Source: Rudaea sp.
GTDB lineage: Bacteria > Pseudomonadota > Gammaproteobacteria > Xanthomonadales > Rhodanobacteraceae
NCBI GenBank assembly: GCA_036496665.1
Contig: DASXKR010000039.1
Coordinates: 15-64,014 of the forward strand
Direction of reading: 5' to 3'
DNA: 64,000 nucleotides
The position numbers were made by a program, and so were the translations under genes. The number at the start of each line of letters is the position of its first letter. The stretch's first letter is position 1. Below are positions 21,765 through 32,210 of the stretch, piece by piece. The notes beneath the pieces were generated by a model that was not told where the DNA came from, searched no databases, and worked only from the letters and a program-made list of their open reading frames with translations.

Positions 21765-23411
21765 ATGAGTTCGAGGATCAGCCCGCTCGCCGGCAAGCCG
21801 GCACCGACATCGCTGCTGGTCGACGTGGCGAAGCTGCTCGCCGCCTATTTTGACCTGCGACCCGATCCGTCGGTGACGTCCCAGCGTGTGGCGTTCGGCA
21901 CGTCGGGGCACCGCGGCAGTTCGTTTGCGCGCAGCTTCAACGAGTGGCATGTGCTGGCGATCACGCAGGCAATCTGCGAATACCGCAGCCGGCAGGCTAT
22001 CGACGGCCCGCTGTACATCGGCATCGATACGCATGCCCTGTCGCAACCGGCGTTCGAGACAGCGCTGGAAGTGCTGGCCGCCAACGGCGTCGAGACGCTG
22101 ATCGCCGCCGCTGGGGAATTCACGCCGACGCCGGCGATCTCTCATGCGATCCTCTGCTACAACCGCGGTCGAAAGACGCAGCGGGCCGACGGGATCGTGG
22201 TTACGCCGTCGCACAATCCACCCGACAATGGCGGCTTCAAATACAATCCGCCGAACGGCGGTCCGGCCGACACCGACATCACCGGCTGCATCGAGGCGCG
22301 CGCCAATGCATTGCTCGAAGCCGGACTCGACGGCGTGAAACGCATGCCGTTCGCGCAGGCGCGCCGCGCCCCGACCATACACCAGCATGACTTCGTCGAC
22401 GCGTACGTGAGCGACCTCGGCACCATCATCGACTTCGATGCAATCCGCGCTGCCGGCGTCAAGATGGGCGTCGACCCGCTCGGCGGCGCCGGCGTGCATT
22501 ACTGGGCGCCGGTCGCCCAGCATTACCGGATCGACCTGAGCGTGGTCAGCACCGAAGTCGACCCGACCTTCCGCTTCATGAGCGTGGACTGGGACGGCAA
22601 GATCCGCATGGACCCTTCATCGTCGTATGCGATGCAGCGCCTGATCGCAATGAAGGATCGATACGACGTCGCCTTTGCCTGCGATACCGATCACGACCGC
22701 CACGGCATCGTCGCGCGCAGCGGCGGCCTGATGCCGGCGAACAATTACCTGGCCGTCGCAATCGACTATCTGTTCCGGCATCGGCCGCGATGGAATCGCG
22801 CGGCGGCGGTCGGCAAGACCGTCGTCAGCACGGCGCTGATCGACCGCGTCGCGCAACGGCTCGGGCGTACGTTGTTCGAGGTGCCGGTCGGCTTCAAGTG
22901 GTTCGTCGACGGTCTGCTCGATGGCGCGCTGGCATTCGGTTGCGAGGAAAGCGCCGGCGCATCATTCGCGCGCAGCGACGGCAGCGTGTGGACGACCGAC
23001 AAGGACGGCATCGCCGCCGCACTGTTGTCCGCCGAGATGACCGCGCGCAGCGGCCGCGATCCCGGCGAACTGTATCGCCGCCTCACCGGCGAGCTGGGCC
23101 AGCCCTATGCTGATCGCGTCGAAGCGCCTGCCACACCAGCGCAGAAAACAAAGTTGGCGAAGCTCGCTCCCGAGCAGGTTCAGATCAGGCAACTGGGCGG
23201 CGAAGAGATCGACAACGTGCTCGGACGTGCGCCGGCCAACGATGCACCGATCGGAGGCATCAAGGTCGTTGCCGCGAACGGCTGGTTCGCCGCCCGGCCC
23301 TCGGGCACGGAAGACATCTACAAGATCTATGCGGAGAGCTTCAAGGACCAGGCGCATCTGCAGTCGATCCTGCAGGAAGCGCAGACGATCGTCGATGCCG
23401 CGCTGGCTTGA
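21765..23411 (+). CDS. pgm: Phosphoglucomutase
   Basis: [36 protein letters not shown]. Confidence 0.95.
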   Translation: MSSRISPLAGKPAPTSLLVDVAKLLAAYFDLRPDPSVTSQRVAFGTSGHRGSSFARSFNEWHVLAITQAICEYRSRQAIDGPLYIGIDTHALSQPAFETALEVLAANGVETLIAAAGEFTPTPAISHAILCYNRGRKTQRADGIVVTPSHNPPDNGGFKYNPPNGGPADTDITGCIEARANALLEAGLDGVKRMPFAQARRAPTIHQHDFVDAYVSDLGTIIDFDAIRAAGVKMGVDPLGGAGVHYWAPVAQHYRIDLSVVSTEVDPTFRFMSVDWDGKIRMDPSSSYAMQRLIAMKDRYDVAFACDTDHDRHGIVARSGGLMPANNYLAVAIDYLFRHRPRWNRAAAVGKTVVSTALIDRVAQRLGRTLFEVPVGFKWFVDGLLDGALAFGCEESAGASFARSDGSVWTTDKDGIAAALLSAEMTARSGRDPGELYRRLTGELGQPYADRVEAPATPAQKTKLAKLAPEQVQIRQLGGEEIDNVLGRAPANDAPIGGIKVVAANGWFAARPSGTEDIYKIYAESFKDQAHLQSILQEAQTIVDAALA

Positions 23412-23428
23412 ACGGCGTGATCGAAGGT

Positions 23429-24505
23429 ATGACACAACCGAGGCGTGAACAGACGACGACCGCTCTGCCGATTCGCGCAGCAGCTTCTGCGCGCGGCGCG
23501 CTGCCGGGGCTGCTCGATACACTCGCGGCGATGCATGCGGGCGGCGAGCCGTGCGTGCTCGGCATCATCTTTGCGACGCTCGGCTCGACCTATCAGAAGC
23601 CCGGCGCGCTGGTTCTGCTCGGCAGCACCGGGCTGCGCCACGGCGTCATCAGCGGCGGCTGTCTCGAGCCCGAGCTGGAAGCGCGGGCGAAGGTCGTTCT
23701 GCTCAGCGGCCGCGCCGGCGTTGTCGACTTCGACACGCGCAGCGACGAAGACCTCGCGTTCGGCAGCGGAACCGGCTGTCGCGGCCGCATTCACCTGCTG
23801 CTGTTGCCGCTCGCTGCCGGCGCGCCGCTGGCGCAGGCGCTGACCCGGCTTGCTGCGACATCGAGCGCGCTCGAACTTGCACTGGTGATCGAGGGACCGC
23901 AGGTCGGCAGCGGGTTCGCCTCGCTGCCCGGCGAGCGCTGGACATGGGGCAGCGACGGCGCAGCCGACGACGCGCCCGCCGCAGCCAGTGCGCCGGCCAC
24001 CGTGCTGCTGCGCCTGCGTCCTCCGCCGCGCGTGCTGCTGTTCGGCGCCGGACCGGAGACGCCGCATTTGTATACCTTCATGCAGCAGCTGGGCTGGACC
24101 GTTCGCGTCGTCGAACACCGCGCGCGCTGGCTCGAGTTCGCGCGCGCAGCCGGTGTCGCCGACGTCATCGAGCTGGCGCCGGACGCCGCCGCGAACGAGT
24201 GGCCCAAACAGCCGCCCGACGCGGCCGTGGCCATGAGTCACAACTACCTGCTCGACCGCAAGAATCTGGCGTACTGCGCCGATAGTCCGATTCCGTACAT
24301 CGGACTGCTCGGCCCTGCAGCGCGGCGCGATGCGCTGCTGGACGAACTCGGCGCCGACGTCGCCTCGCGTCTGCGCGGGCGCCTGCATGCGCCGGTCGGT
24401 CTCGATCTCGGCGGCACGGGACCTGAAGCGCTGGCCCTGTCGATCGTCGCGGAGTTGCAGCAGCACTTCACGCAGCAGCAATACAAAGGGTCGCCGGGCC
24501 GCTAG
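23429..24505 (+). CDS. XdhC/CoxI family protein
   Basis: GSTYQKPGA, ISGGCLE, GCRG, YIGLLGP, APVGLDLGG..PEALALSI. Confidence 0.88.
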   Translation: MTQPRREQTTTALPIRAAASARGALPGLLDTLAAMHAGGEPCVLGIIFATLGSTYQKPGALVLLGSTGLRHGVISGGCLEPELEARAKVVLLSGRAGVVDFDTRSDEDLAFGSGTGCRGRIHLLLLPLAAGAPLAQALTRLAATSSALELALVIEGPQVGSGFASLPGERWTWGSDGAADDAPAAASAPATVLLRLRPPPRVLLFGAGPETPHLYTFMQQLGWTVRVVEHRARWLEFARAAGVADVIELAPDAAANEWPKQPPDAAVAMSHNYLLDRKNLAYCADSPIPYIGLLGPAARRDALLDELGADVASRLRGRLHAPVGLDLGGTGPEALALSIVAELQQHFTQQQYKGSPGR

Positions 24506-24510
24506 ACTAG

Positions 24511-24707
24511 TGTCCCGTTCCGCAAGAAACTTTGCATCCACAATCCACCTCTCCCCTCGCGGGGGAGGTCGCCGCGCCCGGCGCGACGGGAGGGGGAGGC
24601 GCCGCAGGCGCCTGCTATGGAGGCGTCACCCTCTCTTCACCTGCTCCTCGTCCATGGGAGGGGCTTGAGAACGATTCGCGGGCGCGTAAAATTTGCGAAA
24701 CGCAACA
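24511..24707. mobile_element. Degenerate MITE-like element with internal REP-like hairpin
   Basis: Imperfect inverted repeats 24509-24526/24692-24709 (14/18), flanks CTAG/CTCG, internal hairpin 24547-24569. Confidence 0.45.
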
Positions 24708-24832
24708 CTCGTTTTCGCCGGTACAACGTCGCTGCCGTTCTGCCGCATGTGGCGCTTTCGCGATGACAGCGACGCGATCTGCTCCGCTCCATGGCGTCGC
24801 CGGCTGCAAGGCCCCCGGCGCGCGGCGGCAAT

Positions 24833-27799
24833 TCATGGCGCCCGCAGGCGCTCGATCAGGTCGGACAGATACGGCGATGTATTCGCCTCGAGCAGTGGTT
24901 CGATTTGATCTTTCAGCGCATCCGCATCGCCGCGCTTGTTGTTGGCGCGCAATGCCCTGACCAGTTCGACCTTTACTTCGAGCACGCGCGGATCGTCCGC
25001 GGCATAGGGTGGCCGGCGCACGGCGAGCGCTTCGCGCAGCGCAGACTCCGCGTCGCGGTTGCGCTCGAGCGCCAGGTCGGCGCGTGCCAGCGCGAACAGC
25101 GGCACGCCGAGACGATACGACGCTGGCGGGTACGTCTTGCGTGCGGCTTCGACGGCGCCTTCGGCCGCCGCGAGCGCCTGCGGCGCTGCGCCATTGTCCA
25201 GCTCGATGGTGCTCAGATCGGCGAGAAACGTCGGACGCTGCAGGCTCGTGGCGGGCACGTTGCGGGTGCACTCCGTATTCACCTGGTTGGCCAGAGTCAG
25301 CGCCTCGGCATAACGATGCTCGAGGTCGAGCACCCAACTCAGCGAATCCCAGAGACGGCAGGCCGACGGCGAAACCGACTTGTCTTTCTCCAGCGTCAGT
25401 GCCAGCGCATCGCGGAACGCGCGTTCCGCCTCGGCGTATTTTCCCTGCCACGGCAACGCGTAACCGAGGAACTCGAGCGCGTAGGCATACATGGCGCTGC
25501 GCTCCCCCTGCGCCGTACGGATCAGGGCAAGGCCGTCGCGCAGCGTCTGTTCACCGTCCCTGAAGCGGCTGACTTCGACGTAGTCGATACCCAACGCAAG
25601 GTAGTTGTAAGCCAGATCGGTAGGCGTCAACTGCCCCGAGGCCTTGCCGCGCTCCACCAAGGCCAGGCGCTCGGCCAGCGCTTCGTCGAACTTGCCCCGC
25701 AATTCCAGTATGCGCAGCAAATTGCCGCGGTCGACGAGTGTGTCGTGGTGATCGGGTCCGAGCTTGGCCGCGTCGATCCCGAGTGCCTGGCGATAGGTGC
25801 TCTCGGCGGCGGCGTAGTCGCCCTTGTCGTGGAGCATCCCGGCGAACGCGTCGAGGGCGTGGGCAACATGCTGGCTGTTGTCGCCGTATACGAGGCGATA
25901 GATCCCAAGCGCCTTGCCAAACGCGACTTGCGACGGACCGAAACGGCGCAGGCCCTGCAGGGCAATTCCCAACTGCACCCATTCCTCGGCGATCGCCTTG
26001 TCCTGGTTTCCCAAAGCTGCCGTATCGCCCGCGATGCTCGCATCGAGCAACTGCACGGCTTCTTCATTCTTGCCTTGGCGGCGCAACGCGTAGGCGACGG
26101 CAACATGCCCGGCCGCGAGGGTTTCCGGATCGGCACCGGGTCGGCCTTCGAGCAGTGCCACGCTTCTGCGCGCGTGGTCGAGCGCCGCCTGAAAGGTCTC
26201 CTTGTCTTCGCTTTCGTCGGTTGCGATCGTCAGCAAGGCGCGTGCGCGGACCTCGTCCGGAACATTGGGATCGTCGACCTGTGCCAGCGCGCGCTCGATC
26301 AGCTTCTGCCCATGCTGGCGGTCGCCGATGTCGCGGAACAACTCGCCGAGCAGCGCGGAAATCTCCACCTTGGTGGCCGGTTGCCTGTCGAATTCCTTGT
26401 CGAGTTCGCGCTCACCGGTTTCCAGCAGCTGGTGCGCCGTTATCGGCTTGCCATTGTTGCCGTCGGGGCTGACCTGGCCGAACACGCCGACCAGGAACTC
26501 GCGCGTGGCATCGGCGCGCCTGGCCTGCGCTCGCGCCTGCTGCGTCTGCGTGCGCGCGACGCGCGCCTCGTAGATGCTGGCGGCCGTCACCAGCAGCAGC
26601 GCCAATACCGCGGCCGCACCGGCGACGACGCCGACGCGATGGCGCGCGACGAACTTGCCGATGCGGTAGCGCCTGCTCTCGCGCCGCGCGGCGATCGGCT
26701 GGCCGGAAAGATAACGCTGCAAGTCGTCCGCCAGCGCAGCGACGGTTGCATAGCGCCGCTGCGGTTCGCGGCGCAGCGTCTTGAGCAGAATCGTGTCGAG
26801 GTCGCCGCGCAGCCTGCGCGCAGGCACCGGCGCATTGGCCGCGGCCGCCCGGCTCGGCGCGTCCGGGTCGGTCGTCGCCTGTGCACGCAGCATCTCGTCG
26901 GGCGTCGGCGCGTCGCTGTGGCCCAGCGGCCTGCGTCCGGTCAGCAATTCGTACAGCACGCAGCCGAGCGCATAGACATCGGTCGCGGTCGTCACCGGTT
27001 CGCCACGCAACTGTTCGGGCGCGGCGTAGGCCGGCGTCAGCGGACGGTGCGCCGCGTCGATCGTCGCGGTCGGACCGACAGCCGAATCGTCGAGCAACTT
27101 GGCTATGCCGAAATCCAGCAGCTTGGCGCTGCCGTTCGCAGTCACGAGGATATTCGACGGCTTGATGTCGCGATGCACGACCAGCTGGCCGTGCGCGAAC
27201 TGCACCGCCGCGCAAATGTCCAGAAACAGCGTGATCCGTTCCTCGAGTTTCGCGTTCCGGTCGGCGCAGTAGCGCAGCAGCGGCTCGCCGTCGACGAACT
27301 CCATCGCGAAGTACGGCCGGCCGTCCACGGCCATCCCGCCATCGAGCAGGTGTGCGATATGAGGATGTTCGAGGCGCGCCAGGATCTGGCGCTCGCGCAG
27401 AAAACGTGCGAGCACGGCGTCGCTGTCCATGCCGCGCTTTATCAGCTTCAACGCGGCACGCTGCTCGAATTGTCCGTCGGCGCGCTCGGCCAGCAGAACG
27501 ACGCCCATGCCGCCCCGTCCGAGTTCGCGCTGCACCCGCCAAGGGCCGATGCGTTCGCCGGCGTTGCTGTCCTCGTACTCGTTGCCGATCCAGTCGGCCG
27601 CGGCGGACGAGCGTGCCGAATCGACGCCACGATCAAAGGACGTCGCGCCTGCATCGGCGGCCAGCAGCGCTTCGACTTCGCGACGCAATTCAGAATCGCC
27701 GGCGCAAAGACGGTCGAGCAGCGCGCTGCGTCCGGCCACGTCCGCATCGGCCGTTTCATCGAAAATCGCGCTCACGCGCTGCCAGCGTTGCGGATCCAT
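24833..27799 (-). CDS. Membrane Ser/Thr protein kinase with extracytoplasmic TPRs
   Basis: LGRGGMGVV, ALK, HRDIKPSN, DFG, YAAPE; TM helix; TPR-like repeats. Confidence 0.93.
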   Translation of the reverse strand: MDPQRWQRVSAIFDETADADVAGRSALLDRLCAGDSELRREVEALLAADAGATSFDRGVDSARSSAAADWIGNEYEDSNAGERIGPWRVQRELGRGGMGVVLLAERADGQFEQRAALKLIKRGMDSDAVLARFLRERQILARLEHPHIAHLLDGGMAVDGRPYFAMEFVDGEPLLRYCADRNAKLEERITLFLDICAAVQFAHGQLVVHRDIKPSNILVTANGSAKLLDFGIAKLLDDSAVGPTATIDAAHRPLTPAYAAPEQLRGEPVTTATDVYALGCVLYELLTGRRPLGHSDAPTPDEMLRAQATTDPDAPSRAAAANAPVPARRLRGDLDTILLKTLRREPQRRYATVAALADDLQRYLSGQPIAARRESRRYRIGKFVARHRVGVVAGAAAVLALLLVTAASIYEARVARTQTQQARAQARRADATREFLVGVFGQVSPDGNNGKPITAHQLLETGERELDKEFDRQPATKVEISALLGELFRDIGDRQHGQKLIERALAQVDDPNVPDEVRARALLTIATDESEDKETFQAALDHARRSVALLEGRPGADPETLAAGHVAVAYALRRQGKNEEAVQLLDASIAGDTAALGNQDKAIAEEWVQLGIALQGLRRFGPSQVAFGKALGIYRLVYGDNSQHVAHALDAFAGMLHDKGDYAAAESTYRQALGIDAAKLGPDHHDTLVDRGNLLRILELRGKFDEALAERLALVERGKASGQLTPTDLAYNYLALGIDYVEVSRFRDGEQTLRDGLALIRTAQGERSAMYAYALEFLGYALPWQGKYAEAERAFRDALALTLEKDKSVSPSACRLWDSLSWVLDLEHRYAEALTLANQVNTECTRNVPATSLQRPTFLADLSTIELDNGAAPQALAAAEGAVEAARKTYPPASYRLGVPLFALARADLALERNRDAESALREALAVRRPPYAADDPRVLEVKVELVRALRANNKRGDADALKDQIEPLLEANTSPYLSDLIERLRAP

Positions 27800-27801
27800 G
27801 C

Positions 27802-28389
27802 TCACGCCGAGACGCCGAGTTCCAGCCGATGCACGAGGAACGCGCGCGCGCGGCGCCAGTCGCGAAACACGGTGCGCTCGGTCAGCTCCTGCATGCGCGC
27901 GATCTCGGCGATGTCGAGGCCGCCGAACACGCGCCACTCCACCAGCTGGCCGGCGCGCGGATCGAGCGTTGCCAGCTCGCTCAGCGCTGCATCGAGCGCG
28001 ATCAGGTCGATCACGTCCGTTGCGACGCCGATTTGCTCATTCAGCCCGGTGATCGCCACACCGCCGCCACGCTTGAGCCGCGAGCGGGCGCGCGCATGAT
28101 CGACCAGAACCTGGCGCATCGCGCGCGCCGCGAGCGACAGGAAGTGCGCACGATCGACCGCGGCGGCCTCGGGTGCAGCGTGCAGCTTGAGGTAGACCTC
28201 GTGGACCAGCGCAGTCGTATCGAGCGTAGCCGGACTGCCGGCGGCGCGGCGCTGGCCGCGCGCGATGCGGCGCAATTCCTGATAAACCAGCACGAACAGC
28301 GGCGCCGGCATTGCGCCTGGCTCCAGGGGCAGTTCGTCGTGCGTTGGGGCGGTCACTGTTGCGCCTGCATCGCTGCTCGCTAGCGTCAT
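27802..28389 (-). CDS. ECF sigma factor, ECF43/TIGR02999-like
   Basis: VYQELRRIAR..TLDTTALVHEVYL..AARAMRQVLVDHAR..RDWRRARAFL; directly upstream of kinase. Confidence 0.88.
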   Translation of the reverse strand: MTLASSDAGATVTAPTHDELPLEPGAMPAPLFVLVYQELRRIARGQRRAAGSPATLDTTALVHEVYLKLHAAPEAAAVDRAHFLSLAARAMRQVLVDHARARSRLKRGGGVAITGLNEQIGVATDVIDLIALDAALSELATLDPRAGQLVEWRVFGGLDIAEIARMQELTERTVFRDWRRARAFLVHRLELGVSA

Positions 28390-28688
28390 TCCCCTAGGGC
28401 GAATATAGCAAACCACGGCATCGGACAAAGGGATCGACTCGAGCCTCCCGCCCTGGTCGCAGGCAATACGATGGGGCGGCGACAATATCCTTACGGAACG
28501 CATCCTTACGGAAGTGTCCGTCACTCCCCAAGGTTGTCGACGCCCGAACCGGGCTCGACAACCTCATCACGACCAATACACCAGATGATCGCCATCGCCC
28601 GATGGCCGCGTCGCGACTGCGACGTCAGCTATCGCGCCCGAACGCCGTAACCAGACCTAACAGCGCGGCCGACGTGCGCCAGTGGTCG

Positions 28689-28752
28689 TTTCGACAGGCG
28701 CCGTACGGCGACATCAAGGTCAAGGGCAAAGGGCATATTTCCTATCACTGGG
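28689..28752 (+). pseudogene. Possible C-terminal fragment of a class III nucleotide cyclase
   Basis: GDIKVKGKGHISYHW resembles the G-x-I-x-VKGKG motif; very short. Confidence 0.3.
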
Positions 28753-29159
28753 CGGCCGATCGTGAGGCAGGAATTCCCCGGAAAAGGCATGGAAACGGAG
28801 CGAAAAACCACGATCAGCAGCGCTGATTTCCTCCCACCTCGGCGCAACCACGCGGCCTGGATGCGCTTTGCGACATCGCTGGTGTCGCAAGACCCGGTCA
28901 GGAGGCATGCCTCATGAAAACAAAACCGGTTTATTCATCTCATCGGCAACTCAAACCGCGTGTTCGTTCCATGTCTGTTGCTCGTGCTCGTTGTGCCGGA
29001 CTGCGCCGGCGGCTGCGCGCGCTCGTCATTCGATGCAGCGGCCGAGTCGCAGAAATTGCTGCAGCGGGACGTCGAGTGGGCCAATACCGAGCAATGAGCC
29101 GCCGGAAGTTCCTGCCGCGAAGTAGCCATGCAGAAAATCTGCCGGAAAAAGTCAGAGAC

Positions 29160-29480
29160 ATGGAAATCCCCGACTCCGGTGATGTGCGCACGCCTGCCGG
29201 CTTCAGGGCGCTGTACGCGATGAGTCCGTATGCGCACATCGAAGATGGCGTGAAATATCCGGCCGTGATCGTTTATGCAGGCGCCAGAAGTCGGCGCATG
29301 GGTACCGGCCAAGTTCGCTGCACGCCTGCAGGTCCCGACCACCAGCGGCAAGCCGCTGCTGCTGCGCGTGGACTACGACGCCTGCCATACCGGCTTCGAC
29401 GCCATGCGCGCGCGCAGAAAGACCGCAACACCGCCGACATGCTCGCCTTCGCAGTGCGGCAGACGGGCATTCCAGCCGCA
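29160..29480 (+). pseudogene. Frameshifted C-terminal fragment of prolyl oligopeptidase (S9A)
   Basis: GFRALYAMSPY..YPAV / PAKFAARLQ..SGKPLLLRVDYDACH / ADMLAF split across frames. Confidence 0.7.
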
Positions 29481-29505
29481 CTGGCGTCGACTTGGGAGAA
29501 ACCGC

Positions 29506-30837
29506 ATGCTTCTTTCGACACGTAATGCGCACCGCGCAGTTCTCGCACTCATGCTCGCCATCGCGCCGGCGTGGGCTGGCGCACAGACGACTTACACCTG
29601 GACCGGCGCGGTGTCGGGCGGCTGGGGTACGCCGGGCAACTGGAGTCCTCAGGGGACGCCCGCCTTCCAGGACGCGGCGCGTTTCGGTGGCACGACGAGC
29701 GCAGCGCTCACTGTTGCGAACGGCACGAATGGCTACGAAATCGATTCGCTTGCCTTTTTGCCGGGCGCACCTGCGTACACGCTGCATGTCAGCGGTAGTT
29801 TCGGTGGGCTGTACATCAGCAGCGGGATCGTCGATCAGTCTTCCAATGCCCCGGCGTTCCTGGTGGATGCGGGCGCTTGTCTGTGCTTGTACGGCGGCGA
29901 CTTTGCCGACAGCAACATCACCAGTGCCGGCGAAGTTCTCTTCGGTGGCTCGCCTTCATCGGGCGGCAGCGCGCATATCGTCAACCAGAGCGGTGGACTG
30001 GTCCAATTCAATGTCAGCGGCGCTTCCACGGCCGAAGATGCGACGATCGTCAACGACGCTGGCGCCGTCGTCGACGTCGGGGCGGCGAACATTCCGCATG
30101 TCGCCATCGGCTCGCTGTCCGGCGCCGGCAACGTCACGCTCGGCTCGCACGATCTGCTGGTCGGGAATCTCGGCGGCAACGACGCGATCGCCGGCGTCGT
30201 ATCCGGCAGCGGGGAATTGACCAAGGTAGGCAGCGGCACGCTGACCTTGTCCGGCGCAAACACCTATACCGGCCAGACCACGATCGCTTCCGGTACATTG
30301 GCCGTGGAGGGCAGCCTGCCGGGAGCGGGGACTGTCTACCTTCCTGACGGGCTGGCCGCGAGTTTCAAGACGCTCTCCGGCGCCGGCAGCGTCGGCTACG
30401 TCGTCATGGGATCGGATTCCGCGCTCGAACCCGGCAACGCCATGCCGAATACGAAAATGACCATGAGCCGTCTCGAGTGCAACGGCACGAACGACTTCGC
30501 CTACCTGCGCATCGGCAACAACGGCAGCTCGACCTACGGTACCTACCTGGACCTGACATCACCGTTGCGCGCGATCGGTTGTCCCGCGCTGCATTTCAGG
30601 TTCACGAGCGCCGGCACGCCGCTGGCGGCCGGGCAGTCGTACCTCATCGCATTGATGGACGGACCGACCGACTACAGCGCCGTCAATCTTGCTTACGACT
30701 TCAGCTTATTCCCCGGCTATCACCAGGCGCAAGGGCACTTCTTCGTTTTCTCGTCGGCCTCGTTTTCCGACATCTTTTTCATCCTCGACGACGTCGGCGA
30801 CTCGATCTTCGCCAGCGGATTCGAACTGATCAATTGA
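29506..30837 (+). CDS. Secreted protein with autotransporter-associated beta-strand repeat, no beta-barrel, C-terminal DSIFASGFE tail
   Basis: GGAG RBS; signal peptide; LTKVGSGTLTLSGANTYTGQTTI repeat. Confidence 0.82.
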   Translation: MLLSTRNAHRAVLALMLAIAPAWAGAQTTYTWTGAVSGGWGTPGNWSPQGTPAFQDAARFGGTTSAALTVANGTNGYEIDSLAFLPGAPAYTLHVSGSFGGLYISSGIVDQSSNAPAFLVDAGACLCLYGGDFADSNITSAGEVLFGGSPSSGGSAHIVNQSGGLVQFNVSGASTAEDATIVNDAGAVVDVGAANIPHVAIGSLSGAGNVTLGSHDLLVGNLGGNDAIAGVVSGSGELTKVGSGTLTLSGANTYTGQTTIASGTLAVEGSLPGAGTVYLPDGLAASFKTLSGAGSVGYVVMGSDSALEPGNAMPNTKMTMSRLECNGTNDFAYLRIGNNGSSTYGTYLDLTSPLRAIGCPALHFRFTSAGTPLAAGQSYLIALMDGPTDYSAVNLAYDFSLFPGYHQAQGHFFVFSSASFSDIFFILDDVGDSIFASGFELIN

Positions 30838-30948
30838 AGGGCGCAGGATTGGACGACTGCGCCGTTTTCCCCCTTCACGACGCGAGCGCGAAACCGTCCG
30901 TCCGATTCGATCTGTCGCGATAGCTCGCCACCGCTGCGCCGCCCAAGC

Positions 30949-31118
30949 GTGCAGACCCTGATGGTGGCGCGGCATCGTGTCGATCCGCACCGCCGTCTGG
31001 GCCTGTTCGCGGCAGTTCTGGCCGTGCTGGTCGTAGTCCTGGATACCGTGACCCTGGTGGTCGCGTGCCGGCTCGGCGGCAACCAGTTGCCGCCGGGCAT
31101 GCCGGCGCCGCTGTCTCT
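30949..31118 (+). pseudogene. Fragment of a membrane protein gene
   Basis: QTLMVARHRVDPHRRLG + hydrophobic helix, then loss of coding character. Confidence 0.35.
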
Positions 31119-31439
31119 TCCTTCGGAATTTTCAATCTGGCCGCTTTCGCGGCACCGCGCTTGTCCTGCGCCGGCGCGGCGATTGGCGCAAGCGTCTGAT
31201 GCTGCTCGCCGCGACGGTGGATTCCTCCACGCTGCGCAACCTATTGATGCTCGCCGGCGTTGTCGCGGACACCTTCCGCCATCGCCGCCTGCATCCGGCC
31301 TTCGCAGACCCTTCGAAAAGCATGCATGCCGTGTGCCTTCTGCCCGCTTCGACCGGGACATGAGATACGCGGCACGTCTGGAATTTCCTCAATGCAGGTC
31401 GCATGTCATCTTCGAAAACAGCCGAAAGGGAGCAAGACC

Positions 31440-31817
31440 ATGTTCAGGTTCATAGAAGGTCTGCCGCACGACGTGCTGGCGATCGAAGCAGTCGGCAAGG
31501 TAACGCACCAGGACTATCGGGAAACATTGATCCCGAAAGCTGAATCGATGATGGCGGCGGGTCCGATCAGGATGCTCTACATCCTCGGCAATGAGTTCGC
31601 CGGCTTCGAACTCGAGGCGCTGTGGGACGACGCCGCATTCGGCTTGCGTCACTGGCATGACTTCAGCGACATTGCCGTGATCACCGATCATGCGTGGGTG
31701 CGCGCGATGGTGAGCATGTTCAAGCCGTTCTTTCATGGACGCGTCCGGCTGTTTGCGGTTTCCGAACAGGCCGCTGCGAAAGAATGGATCGCGAACTCGG
31801 ACCGCTCGAGCACCTGA
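31440..31817 (+). CDS. SpoIIAA-like (STAS/SEC14) protein
   Basis: DVLAIEAVGKVTHQDY..ALWDDAAFG..IAVITD..AAKEWI. Confidence 0.85.
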   Translation: MFRFIEGLPHDVLAIEAVGKVTHQDYRETLIPKAESMMAAGPIRMLYILGNEFAGFELEALWDDAAFGLRHWHDFSDIAVITDHAWVRAMVSMFKPFFHGRVRLFAVSEQAAAKEWIANSDRSST

Positions 31818-31828
31818 CGTGCGGGGCG

Positions 31829-31965
31829 AGCGCGCCCTGCCTGGCGAACCGCAGATAGGCCTCGTGGACCAGCGCCGGCGCATCCAGGGATATGGTCCCG
31901 CCACGGCCGAGTTGCGCGCGTGCCAGCCGCGTCAGTTCGGAATACACCGAGGTGTCGAGACTTCG
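31829..31965 (-). pseudogene. Fragment of a second ECF43-like sigma factor
   Basis: VYSELTRLARAQL..SLDAPALVHEAYLRF matches region 2 of 27802-28389; rest missing. Confidence 0.65.
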
Positions 31966-32210
31966 CAGTCCCGTGATACCGGCTGACGCAGGTGCCGGCA
32001 GGATCAGCGCAAGATCGTGCACCTTCGAGGCTCCCGAAACCCTGAGGAATGATACAGGACATGGCGCGGATCGAACGACGAGCTCGCCTTCACATCCGCG
32101 ACGACTGATCGTCGGGACCACTGCACCGGCTGCCCGCTCATCACTTGCGCGCCAGTGCCGGCAGCGGGACGATCGCCGCGCTCGAAGGATGATCTGCCGC
32201 GAGGTGGCCC

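Noticed and set aside
24791-28099. 1102-aa plus-strand ORF
   Set aside because: Antisense shadow of the kinase and sigma genes
29275-29505. Apparent peptidase-autotransporter fusion in the ORF track
   Set aside because: Upstream part is a pseudogene fragment in frame by chance; RBS and signal peptide start at 29506
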